From positions 21,700,001-21,764,000 of the forward strand of contig CM120640.1 of the NCBI GenBank assembly GCA_051362555.1: a DNA stretch of 64,000 nucleotides, in the 5' to 3' direction. The position numbers and the translations under genes are program-made. The notes below the pieces were generated by a model that saw only the letters and a program-made list of their open reading frames with translations, was not told the DNA's origin and searched no databases. This DNA is from Lingula anatina (taxonomy: Eukaryota > Animalia > Brachiopoda). Shown here piece after piece: positions 1-24,981 of this stretch (position 1 is the stretch's first letter; every line of letters starts with the position of its first letter).

Positions 1-3000
1 AGGAGATATCTTAAAACAGAGTCACCCAGTTGCTGTGATGCCAGTCAAACACTGGATCACCATACTACAGGCTAGGTGGGAGGAGGTGAGAGGATCTATT
101 TTGTTATCAAATATTAAAATAAGAGACATATAAGGTATCTTTCACGGATGCTATTGAAGGGAGTGGATTTTAATCAATTTTCATTACTTTTTTTCCCCCA
201 ACAGATCTCTACGTGGGCCAATCAACGTGAACGTCGTCTGACAGATGCCCTGTCTGAGCTACATAACAGCATGGCATTGCTAGACAAACTGATGACCTGG
301 CTGCAGACGGCAGAAAGTCACCTGACCTACCAGGAGCAGGAGCCACTGCCAGTGGACATGGAGGAGATAGAAAAGTTGACCAAAGAACATGAGGTAAGTT
401 TAAAATAACCATTAAGTTAAGAGTATTTTTGGTTTAAAAGTTTGTAGGTGTTTGATGCATATTTTTATAGAAAAATGACAAAAATCATTGCAAGTTTTGT
501 TTCCTAAGTGATTTCTTCATTTAACAAAGATTATCCCTACACATTGTTTATTAATTGCTATATATTATCTTACGTAGGAGTTTGAGAATGACATGACCAG
601 CAGACAGCCAGACTATGACTGTCTCACCAAGACACAGAAGAGGAGGCCATCTTTAGACAGCAGCTCAGGCCTCCTCAGTCCTTTTGAGAGAGGGTCCCCC
701 AAGAGAAGCTCAACACCAAGGCAAATGTGAGTTACCAACCAGCAGGTTACACATGTTTAATGGTACCAGAGAATTATCCAGTAGAATATATTGCTTAGCA
801 GTAACATTCATAACTTATACGATGTACAAAGTGAAATGTGTTTGGTTATTTGGAGATGATTTGAGTAACCAGTTTAAGTGAATTATGCATAAAACCATGT
901 GAGTTCTGTTTTTTTGTGTGTATATTGACATGATACAATTTTCTTAATGCATTCACACAGTATGGGAAAAATGGTTAAGTTTCATAATCATCGAGAATTC
1001 GATAACTGTCATTGTTCTATCCAGAGATTGAAGCAGTAAGATGCTGTGTGCAGTTTACACTTGTGTTCTTGTTGTTTGCTCTTTCTTCTTCCATGCACAT
1101 AAATGTCCAAATTTAAATCTTCATAGATGGCCATTTTGGTGGTACCATGGTTGATATACCATTGAATTAAGTTGTATTCTCTACGTAACTTCAGTTGCGC
1201 TGTTCAGTTTTAAGTGTTTTGCTCTGACTCAGATTTCTTGATATTGTTTATGGTCACAATATTAAATTTTTCCTTTGAGCAGCTGTAAAGTTACTAGATT
1301 TGGAAACAGTTTGTGAATGTGATGTTTGTGAAATAAAGGTGTGAAGTATGAAAATATGTATTTGCAACATAATAATAGATAAATCAATCTGGAGACGTAA
1401 TGAAGCTTAATCAGTTTAAAGATCGTTAGATAAGGAAAAATAGTACTACAGATGTAAACTGTGAAGAGAATAATGCTCCCTTTAAAAAAAAAAGAAAGAT
1501 AGAAAGCAAAAAATGAAAAAATTGTTTCTTTTACAAAAAATGAAACTTGATTTCCCCTCAATCCAGGAAATATGATGCCAGGGGTCGTGCAGGTAGCACC
1601 CCCACCCCTACTGCAGAGCCCCAGTTTAAGAACCCCAGGGTGACGGCTCTGTTTAACAAGTGGCGCCATGTGTGGCTGATGGCCATGGACAGGAGGAGGA
1701 AGCTGCAGGATGCTCAAGATTACTTCAAAGAAGTATGTTACCCAATAAACAATGGAAAATTGTTTGAAGAAATTGAGTGTTTTCGTACAAAAATCATACC
1801 GAATTTTTGGACAAAGAAGCAATATAAACATCCTTTGTACATTTAAGAGGTCTACAAAATAGTAGTTAGAGAATATTTAATTGCTTATAACTTTTCAAGC
1901 TGTTAGCCTTTGATTAAATTTTTACATCAGAAATATTTTCATGTATTGGTTTACAATCTAAATTTATCAATTATCTCAGATGGAAAGACTAAAAGACTTC
2001 AACTTTGAGACATGGCGAAAGAGGTACATGAAATGGATGAATCACAACAAGTCCCGTATCATGGATTTTTTCCGCAAGCAAGATAAGGATAGAGATGGAA
2101 AAGTGACACGTCAGGAATTCATTGATGGCATTCTCATTTCAAGTATGAGTACCATTTCGGTTGTTTGTAATTTTTAAACCATGTTGCTCAACATTTTATT
2201 GAAAGGTACAATATCAGTAAACATGACCAAACGGCTGAGCTATAGTAATGATGTGTTGTTCATTTTAAGTATTTTTATAATCAACTTTGTCGTTTTTCAG
2301 AATTCCCTACTTCTCGTCTAGAAATGGAAGCAGTGGCTAACATATTTGATCACGATAAAGATGGCTTCATTGACTACAGAGAATTTGTAGCTGCTCTGAG
2401 ACCAGACAATAAGGTAGACATGCTAAATAAATACTGTTTTGATAGAAACTTTAGTTCCATTTATGCTGTAACAGTTCTCTTTTTAACTTAAAAATGTGTA
2501 CAGAAGAATGTTTTTGGGAAAATATTTATAAGGGGAAATAGTCTGGCTTTGTCAAGGCCTTAAATGTTTACAAAATATTTGAATCACATTTTAAAGATAC
2601 TTCAAACTTTTTATTATAACTTTTAACTTTTATTATAACATTCAGAAAGTCTTGCGAAAAAAGCCAGGCCAGTATCTGCAACATCATTTTCATTTGGTGG
2701 GTGGCCACTTATTTACCATCATAAGTGGCAGGATATTTTATTGTCTGCTTACCTCATGTCTGCTCAAGCTGTTAAAGATAAAAAAGGCTTTTATATTCAA
2801 TATCTCATTGACTCCTGAAAAGAATGATTATCTGCTTTCACTTTGAAAAGTGCTTTATCCACTTAATCTTGTGTATTCACCTTTCAGCTGGAAAAATATC
2901 AATGTTACCAATCAAATTGGAAAATTATTGAAATATTTATTGTACCTTTAATTTTTTTGCCACACTTTGCTTGACAGATATATTTTTGCCATATAAAAGC

Positions 3001-6000
3001 CAATATGTAAGTGGTTGGCATTGAAATTAGCTTGTTTTATTAAAACCCCAATGATTTATATCAGAATTATCAAACGCCCTCAATCATCGTAACATGATGT
3101 CACTTCCTGCCTTACCGTTGTATATATGGTCCTTGATAACAGAAATATTTTTAAAGGGCAATCCCCATTATATGGTATAAGTAAATACCACTACCTTCTT
3201 CCCACTCACCAAATATGACCATGATTCAGTTTATCTATTGTGCAGTTTATTAAAAAATCAAAAATTTCTAACGTTCAACAAAAGGTCAAAACTTTGTTAC
3301 AGAGACATTGAAAGTTATATCTTTGTATTGAAAATCTCTTCTGTTCACTGCTTTATGTTGACTTTAAACAGAAGTGAAAGTGGCTTATGTGTAAGAAATG
3401 GAATATTTACCCTTGTAAATACCAAAGTGACAGTTTTAAAAATGATGTATTTTTTCATTAGGCTGCAAAACCAGAACAGACAGACAATGAACGCATTCTG
3501 GATGAAGTCAAGAGGCAGGTGAACAAGTGCAGATGTCAGAAGAAATTCCATATTCACAAAATTGGAGAAGGAAAATATAGGGTACGGCCCGTATGCTTGG
3601 ACAAAAAAGTTTTAACTGCATGTTTTTTTCTAAAAAAAGGGTTTAAATTCTTAAGAAAGAAAGAATTTATTATTGCCAAAAAATTTTTAAGAGGTGTCTT
3701 TTAGCAGTGACAGAATCATAAATATCATTGTATATTATTGATTACTATTGTGCTCATTCCTATGATGATATTTAGAAGTCAAGATACATATAATTCATTT
3801 TACAGTGTGTTTTTTTAACTTCAAAGCGTCACTTTTTATTAATGTTACAGTTTGGTGACTCCCAGAAGCTGCGCTTGGTCCGCATTTTGCGCAGCACTGT
3901 CATGGTCCGAGTTGGTGGGGGCTGGATCGCGCTGGATGAATTTTTAGTAAAGAATGATCCCTGTAGAGGTCAGTGATTATTGCATTGTGCCACATTAAGC
4001 TGGGGATTGCACAGAGCAAAATGAAATTACATAAAGAGAAGTTGGTACATGAAGTTGTAAAGTAATGTCTGTTGAAGATTGAGAACAAACCTATGAAATT
4101 GGTAAATTGAGGGGCTGATCTTCATGGAACGTGCATTGAATAGTTTAGATGGCTTTTGGTGAATCGAGGAGAAATGCTGAGATGTCATATTGCTTATACA
4201 TGTAGGACTATATTTAATTTGATTCCTCTCTTAACCTTTTGCTTCCCAAGTTGGACTATGGAAGGGTGAACGTCTGCGAATGAAACGACAGCACACTCCC
4301 ATCTCTAACAGAAAGAGGTGTATGTCTGTCACTGAATAGCATGGAATTTTCACAGTCCGTGTCATTCCCCTGTCATTTTCCATTGCTTATTGGTAAATGA
4401 TGGCTATTAATTCAAGTAAACATGTGCTTACACAGCTTGTACAACAGTCCAGCAATGTTCGCTGAAACTTGAATGGCCTTTGTGGGATGACAAAAAAAGC
4501 TGAGAAAGTAACCTGCTATGCAGAAACCATTCTTGTCATTGTTTTATTTACTAAGGAACTAGATATATGCATCTAGGAGAATGCCCATGTAGCACTAACA
4601 ACTGTTTCTTTATACCCATCATGTTTTCTGTTAGTGACTCTTGATATTTGTCAAAAATGTAAATATATGTAGTGGAAGCAAAGGGTTGCTTGATACAGTT
4701 TCTTTCTTAGATATGTATCAGGTCATATTTTCTCTTCAATGTATCTTTAATACTCAGTGTTATTATTTAGTAATGATCTTAGTTTAGTTTAGCCTGCTCT
4801 TTCATTGTTAAATGTTACAAGTACAAAAATTCCAATTGTGCATGTTTTTTTCCATTCTGCATGAATTGATAGTATGCCACTTGACATTTGTGCTGCATGG
4901 AAATTTGGTCAGTTTGAATTACACATATAGATACAAAATTGTTTTGCAACAACTTGTCTGAATAGTATTGGTAAATGCATGTAGGTTAGGCAGGTTTTGT
5001 ATTCTGCACTCTGCCCTATACAGTAGACGTGTACTACAAGCATAACAGATGTGAGTGTCAGATACGTATAATACTGTTACTGGTTCAAATTTACATACAA
5101 TTTAAACCTTTTCCACTTCAGCCAAGGGTCGTACCAATGTAGAACTGCGTGAACAGTTTATTTTGGCCCAAGGTGTCAGTCAGTCTATGGCCGGCTTTGT
5201 CTCCAAGAGTTCTGGTAGCTCTAGTGGTGGCACAGCCTCTGCAAGCAGTCGGTCTGCCAGCACAACAAGTGGGCCTGTCTCTGTGGCAAGGGTAAATACC
5301 AACTTTCCATATCAGATTCAGAGGAACCAATTATGTATGGGACATTCTATTTTAATACTAATAATGCCCACTGCTGTCATATTGTGAACTTTATAGAAGA
5401 GCGACTACAAGTTATGAAAAAATATGAAGTGGGATATTGTAAATTCTTTATGTATTTTCCAGAGACCTCCCCTGCCAGGTTGGAGACAGCAGCAGCCAGT
5501 AGCCTTCAGTCCAGATCGTGAAGTATCCTTGTATATGTCTCAGAGTCCTCGTGCTAGAGCAGCCACTAGGGACACATTAAGTCCAGGTGAGTAGGACTAC
5601 TATTTATTTCCTGACTGAGTAACATTATTGACACTTACAAAGAAACTTGTTACAGAACTACAAATGTTGGCAGTTCTATAATGTATATAATTAAAATTTT
5701 CATACAATTTTTGGTAATCTGAAAGATGTTTAACATAAATGTATATGATACTTTAATCATTACATACAACATCTTTCTTTTCCAGGTGCCGCTAGTTTTG
5801 CCAGTAGTCGCACCAGTAGTCGTCCATCCAGTCGCGCTGGTAGCGACATATCAGAGCCATATGGCGAGGACCCAGAGATGTACACCACTATGCAGACAGA
5901 GACCAGGAATGTTGGGGGCAGAAATGTGACCACCACAACATATCAGACACATGTTGTAAGGGACCGTACTGCTGACCCTAGACGGACCACACCTTCTAAA

Positions 6001-6096
6001 ATCCCAACACCATCCAAGATCCCAACACCTACTTCTAAAATTCCAACACCTACTTCCAAGATTCCAGTAGGCAAACGTAGAGGCAGTCAGCAGTAA
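1..6096 (+). CDS. MACF1: Spectraplakin (MACF1/dystonin/Short stop family), 3' part; gene begins upstream of the window
   Basis: GT-AG exons join in frame: <1-85, 205-393, 578-726, 1567-1732, 1980-2142, 2301-2413, 3462-3581, 3851-3968, (4251-4319 optional), 5122-5291, 5463-5586, 5786-6096. They encode the last spectrin repeats, two EF-hands ([13 protein letters not shown]; [13 protein letters not shown]), the GAR/GAS2 domain ([39 protein letters not shown]), [15 protein letters not shown], a Ser/Arg-rich tail and SKIP motifs. Likely co-orthologous to MACF1/DST. Confidence 0.95.
3462..3968 (+). CDS. Spectraplakin GAR (GAS2-related) microtubule-binding domain exons (3462-3581, 3851-3968)
   Basis: [18 protein letters not shown]|[39 protein letters not shown] is the diagnostic GAS2 signature. 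Confidence 0.95.
4251..4319 (+). CDS. Candidate 69-nt cassette exon of the spectraplakin, directly after the GAR domain
   Basis: Pyrimidine tract plus AG at 4250; open frame [23 protein letters not shown]; GTATGT donor at 4320; phase 1-1 and frame-preserving. Confidence 0.55.
5992..6066 (+). repeat. Coding tandem repeat encoding four SKIP (SxIP) motifs
   Basis: [25 protein letters not shown] in ORF 5878-6096; 18-21-nt units. Confidence 0.85.
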
Positions 6097-8132
6097 TGTT
6101 TAAGCTTACAGCTTTTAAATCATCCAAGGAAGCTTACAGTTCCTGAAACATTGTCACAAAAGCTTCTAGCACCGCTTTGATTGTTGTGGAGCCTACAGTG
6201 ACTTTCTCATAAAACTATGATGTGACTTGTTGGTGAGTTATCCATTGATGAAGACCAGAATTCCTGGCCTGTGTGTGACAGAGTAAAGATTATTCAGCAT
6301 TTATATTAAGGAAGCCTGTTTTAACTTTACTCTGGTGTCTGTTATAGGCATCCTGATGACTGTGATTTTTTATATCATGACAAAAAATGTACATGCACGA
6401 ACATGTAGATCTGAAATTGTCCCAAACATACTCAAATAAATGCATAATCATAGGGAAATGAAAGATATAAGAACAAATCTTTAAATTTGAAATAAAAATT
6501 TATCACATACCTCAGTTAAAACATAATCTGATAAAACTAACTGGGTTTGGGTAGTTTTAAGAAATAAAATATGGGTCATCCAATTGTATCTTATATGTAG
6601 CTAGAAAGACTAGTTGTCTGTGCGTTTAGTTCATCAAGTTATTTTATTTTGTTACTCAAGACCTGCCATCTTCTTTTTTGATGAAAGCCAATGTGTTGTT
6701 TTTAAAGTAAACATATCATTTAATGCAACTTAGTTTTTGAATTTAGGTTTATTTATCTATCTACTTAACTCAATGTGTATGAAATGCACATCATACATTT
6801 TTGTGAGATGTATTCATTTATGTATATATGCTGCTTTTGGTTGGGTCTAACTGTGCAAGTAAGTGTATATAATAATGCTAAGTTTTCATACCAATGATAA
6901 AAATCACGCTCTTTTGTGTATATGTATACTGCATTATATTGCATTATGTAGCTGCAAGCTTTAATTGCAGATGATGGGAAGATGAATAAAATGAATTTGA
7001 AGAATATCAATTTTCTTTTTTCATAAGCACTAGTCTGTTTATAAAGTGAAAGTTGTCTTGCTCATATTTTACAGGACCTTGAACAGCAAATTATGAAATC
7101 TATATAATAGGTCATAAAAACTATACAACTGGAAGGAAAACTTTTCTCAAATTCACAGACCTTCATTTAATAAAGCAAATGGGTTAATGCTTTTCTCTTT
7201 CATTTGATAATGTTTATTTTGCAGTCATGAAAATTATCAGTACAATTTTGTCCATGGCGTCATTTTGTTTTTAGAACAAAAGACCTTAATTATTATGCTG
7301 AACAATTGTCAGATGCTACTTTTCGTAAGTTGACTCAGATAAATTGGAACGTGTAAAAGGTTTAACCTCTATGTCTTTCTAAGAATGTATACCACAACTC
7401 CAACCAATGTTACACATTAGTATGATTGCTGCAGAGCATGTAAAATTCTTGGCAAAATGACAAACATTATATCAAAAACACAACATCTGAATAACATCTA
7501 AATTTAAAACCATTACTTCCAAACCTTAGACTTACATCAAAGACAAGAACAATGATGTTGTATAATATATTCAAACAATTTCGTGATCGACATTCCAGGC
7601 AAATGGTGGAGCATAAAAAGATATACATTCATGTTCACATACTGATCCAAAATTCTGAAACATCAATTATGAAATGGAACATCAGTGATCTTTGCGAGCG
7701 TTCTTTGAAAAGCATAAAAAGCATCACTGACAGTTGATAAGAGAACATGTCATGGACAGTTAAAGTAGGGTATTATGCTGCCATACTCATCATTATGCTA
7801 TCACGTTTACATGGCAAATTTTTGACACGCCTATAAAGATCATCACACAATATATGCATTGTAGCTATACAATAAAAATAACTTCAAACACAGCCTTTTC
7901 ATCCCTTTCCTATCATTTTGTTGTAAATACTTAAAAAAAAAAATCACAATTACATGTTGGAATATTGTTCAAGTAATTTGTTTTCAGTTTTCTGTGTATT
8001 TACAGCACTGAGCATTCTTTTTTACTTTGCTCATTTCAAAATGCATATCACAGTTATACCAAAGTAAATTGATGGACATACTTCTCCAACAATATCAAAG
8101 TACTTTAAATCACTACATTCTACTCCTTCTGT

Positions 8133-9521
8133 TTATTCCAAACTATTTAAGCAAAAATCAACATATGCATAGACCTGTGCCATATAGGCTTCTCTATGAA
8201 CTCTGAAGTGCTGAACATGAGGAGAGTCCTCCCAGCACATGGCCATCACAATTACTCCTAACTTTTTCCTATGTTTTATAATTTCCTCCACATATCTGTA
8301 GTTTACCAATTCATCTGCCTTGGAATATAAATAAAGCTGTGGCCATCTGGATTTGTCATTCTTCATTACATCCCAGTAGTCGCCGAAACTAGTATCACTT
8401 GACCATCTAAATAAAGAAGTTATTCTCTCAATAAATACTTTGAGAAATATAGTAATTAACACTAAGAGTCCCATGAATTGTCTCCATATGAATCCTTTAT
8501 GTTGCATGGTCAACATAAATGCTCTTCTGGCAACAAAGGGACTTCTATGTGATGGGGCACTGTCAAACACTGTTCCTCTCACATTGAGAGAATCATACTG
8601 ACAATCACTGTTCAGTATCTCAGCTATGTAGCGGTACACAAAGCCACCACCGTTGCTAAATACGTGAAAGAATATTGGGTTGTCCTCAAGACTCAAATCA
8701 GATAACAACTCCAATAACTTTAAAGCTATTGGCCTTAATTTGTGTTGATTGAAAAACACATCCTCCACTGATGCTGTATACCTAATGGTTATGAATCTGG
8801 AAACAAAAGAAGTAAATAGTATTAACTTTGCAATATCATTCATTTTTTTGTACCAAAACTGAGCAATAAATAGCAAAAAGTTGATATTAAGATAAAAAAA
8901 AACTATCAATGCCTTGCTAACTCACCCTACATGTATTTATATGGGCGTATGCCGTAGCGATAGTCCGAAGGTTCAATAGTCCGAAGGTTCATTGGTCCGA
9001 ATGTTCACTATAGAACCTTCGGACCAATGAACCCTTGATTAAAAAATCGATGAAAATGTTATTTCTTTTCGGACCAATGAACCTTCGGACCAATGAACCT
9101 TCGGACTATCGAGACGCCCCCGGCGTATTCATATCGGTATTTAACGTGACAGTGCACAGGTGCTATATATTTTATATATGCTATAAAAAGAGAGTCTCGC
9201 GGACAACCGGTTTATATAGGGTGAGCTGGGCAGGGAGAGCTACCTGCATTGTTTGAATGTGCAGGGTTTCTAATTAAACCACCGTTGCATTTTAGAGACC
9301 TTTCATTTTCCAACTTACCCGCGCTTTTCATAAATTGCACTGTATTTAGCCAAGGTCTTGTCATGACATCCAACCCATCCTAACATAATAACAACTGGCT
9401 CTTTCTCTAACTCTTTTTGTTCATCAAGATACTCTAAATTCTCTTCACTTGCATCTTGATCTTCAGCAACAGACGTTGGAGAAGGAAAAGTGACATGGTA
9501 TTCGATGTCTTCTTCCGCCAT
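8133..9521 (-). CDS. TMEM53: Transmembrane protein 53 (DUF829 alpha/beta-hydrolase-like), 2 coding exons, ~288 aa
   Basis: Exons 9521-9319 and 8796-8133 join in frame (GG|A). Motifs [45 protein letters not shown] and SPHVQH, plus one hydrophobic segment. Confidence 0.93.
8943..9120. mobile_element. Small non-autonomous DNA transposon (MITE) with 16-bp subterminal repeats, in the TMEM53 intron
   Basis: Left end GGGCGT...CGATAGTCCGAAGGTTCA repeats; right end (TGAACCTTCGGACCAA)n...TTCGGACTATCGAGACGCCCC; the two arrays are inverted relative to each other. Confidence 0.75.
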
Positions 9522-10738
9522 CTTGCAATAAGGACGCTGTTGTGTGTGGCATGTTCCAGTACTACCTTAACTAATTTGCATTTGTTTTTACTCTTTAATT
9601 CTCATAAGACCATCATTATCATTTTATTTGAATAAAATTTCATGATTTTTTATAATTCTTTTGGTACCAAGTTGAATTTATGAACCATATTTTTATTGTA
9701 AATTGTTTTTTGTCATTACAAGTGGAATAAAAACCACGGAACTAATAAAAAGTTAACTTAAAGCAAAATACAAGGAGTTTTTTAATTGGTCAAAGCAAGC
9801 CAATCACCAACTTCGTAACAAAAGGAAAGTTTTCACCGATTTGGATTTTATTTATTTATTTTATTCATCTGACCATACTACTTCTATGATCTGACTTATC
9901 TGTCTAGGAATTATATCGTTGACTAGCTGATATACTTCCATGATCTGGAAGAGGACACAAATTAGAATTATCATTCAGGAATGAAAAGAAAAAGAGAAAT
10001 GTGTTTAGCAAACAAAATAACCAGTGTGCTGTGTGCTGGTGTCTTATTTTGTTGACTGGGGAAATGTTCATTCATAATCTTGACCGAGAATCGTGCACTG
10101 GAATGATTGGTACAGACAAGTAAGTAATTATAAAATGCTAGTAATAGTATTAGTAATGCACACACAGAATGTTCTATGATAACAATGCAGTGCAGCACAA
10201 AGTCTCCTCACACGCGCACGCACACACACACACACACACTTAAGTGAGTACTGTAGGGTGCAGCACTTGCTTATTTGCATTATATTTATATCAGTCAGCA
10301 TCTAGGTTAGTACATCAAGCGACACGAATTATAGTCTTGAGCATCCCCCCCCTCCCCCCCCCCCCCACAACCACCATCACCAAGCATTTTTCTTTGCCTA
10401 TAGCCCTGCTACATGTACAAGTACTTAATTGCTCTCAAGAATATACGTGTAACAGTGCAGTATGCACATAGTGTATATTGTAATTCATAGTGTATTTTGT
10501 ATATCAAAAGAAACTGAAGTGCAGCTTGACAACTTCTAAGGCAGACCTGTACATTGAAGATAAGGCATTGAATTTTTTCATGTAATATCTTGATTATGTT
10601 TGATTTTTAATGTATATTTATATATATATTTATTTTATTTCTCAAGGCAGATTGTATGCACCGCTACCTTCCTTCTGCAATGACACTTAAACTAGGAGAC
10701 TACAAATGAATCATGCCACATGAAAGGATATGCATGTG
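9522..10738. promoter_or_regulatory. Head-to-head interval between TMEM53 and ERCC6L2 (candidate bidirectional promoter and 5' UTRs)
   Basis: Divergent start codons about 1.2 kb apart; promoter position is inferred, not located. Confidence 0.45.
10209..10239. repeat. (CA)n/(CG) microsatellite
   Basis: cacacgcgcacgcacacacacacacacacac. Confidence 0.8.
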
Positions 10739-23407
<12,669 letters not shown>

Positions 23408-24981
23408 TTTTTTTATGTTATTTCAGTTCACAGAATTCTAAAATTGTACTTTTCCTCCCATTATGAGCATTTTATATTTCAAATAATTTTACACTGAATT
23501 ATTCACTTTTATATATTTGTTGTATGTTGTACATGTCATGGATTTTTTAAAAACTTTTATAATATTTTAATTTTAGTGAACCATATGGTTAAGCCAGCTT
23601 TTCCCCCAGTTGAAACTATTTTGTTTAAAGCTTGTTTGAAGTACTCTTTTTCAACCATACAGTTATTAAAGTGAAGTAATTGTGATTTAGTTCTGAATAC
23701 TACCATTTAGTGAACATTTTAATAGCATTCTATCTCATTTATAAATCTCATCTGTTCTTCAGTGTCAATGTCACTTATACATGCAATATTCCAATTAATG
23801 TAACAGTTTACTGATCTAATCAAGAATGGCATATGTAAATGCTTACAATCTTGAATATATGCATGTATTTTTAAAGTGTTGCTTTATTAATAATAACATT
23901 AAACAGTACAGTGAAACACTAAAAAATACAAGATTAACAACTGAAGTATTGTTCTGTTCACTACAGCTGACAGCTCCACCTATTGTTGTGACGCTGCATT
24001 ATAACACTCAGCACCAGACAGAAGGCAAAAAAATAAAAACACAAAAAAGCTGTAATGTTTTGAAATAAAAGCAGCAAGATGTATAAATGATAATACTTGT
24101 AACTCGTAAAATGGGAAGACTTGCATGATTAAAAGATATGATAACATATGAATATGTTAAATGTCATGCAAAGTAGAAGATAAAATTGAAGCACGCATTG
24201 CTGTTTTGATGTTTACAATCTACATCTTATAATAGCACTTGTATATTTACATCAGTTAAACATTTGAAAATTTTGATTTAAAGGGAATTGAGGAGATAAA
24301 TAAGATTAAATCGCATACAAGTAAACATTGGTACAATATGTGTAATACCTAATTTGTAAGTCTGATAAAAGAATGTCACAGGAGCAAGTATAAAAATCAA
24401 TGGCACATTGTAAACCCTTTCCAAAAAATTGTGAAGCCATGTTAGAATCATGTTGACCGTCTGTCAGGCAGCAGTCCTATTCTGTCTAACTCCTTTGTAT
24501 AACAAACATTCAGTTACTGATGCTCTTGTAGTAACAATGTGTACAATAAAAATACCTCTGTCAAACATTGACAAATTTTTTTACATTAAAACATTGTATT
24601 CCACTTGCAACTCAACTGTAAAGAGATTTCACCCACTTGAATACTGTCTCCACTCCCAACACACTGGGAAGCTGTTAGAAATGCCCTCATGGCTTATTCT
24701 ACTATCATCTCTCTTCAACACATTTCTGATACAGAAATAACATTAAAACTGCAGCATGCACTGGCTCTAATACTTCAAGACTTATTCCAGTCACATCTGA
24801 CATAAAAAGCAGAAAACTTCAGTGTGACCAGTGACTTTGGAATGAGACGGGAAGAACCCGGGTGTTGGTGTTAGTCTTAGAGTTAACTAGGCGTCAATTT
24901 AAACGAATCCTTCCAGACTCCCAAGGTTTGCCCTTTCACTTCCACTTGCAGGTGTACCATTGGTGATGTTCTGCACACACT

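Noticed and set aside
1262-1831. 189-aa minus-strand ORF
   Set aside because: Antisense shadow of a spectraplakin exon plus AT-rich intron; no motifs
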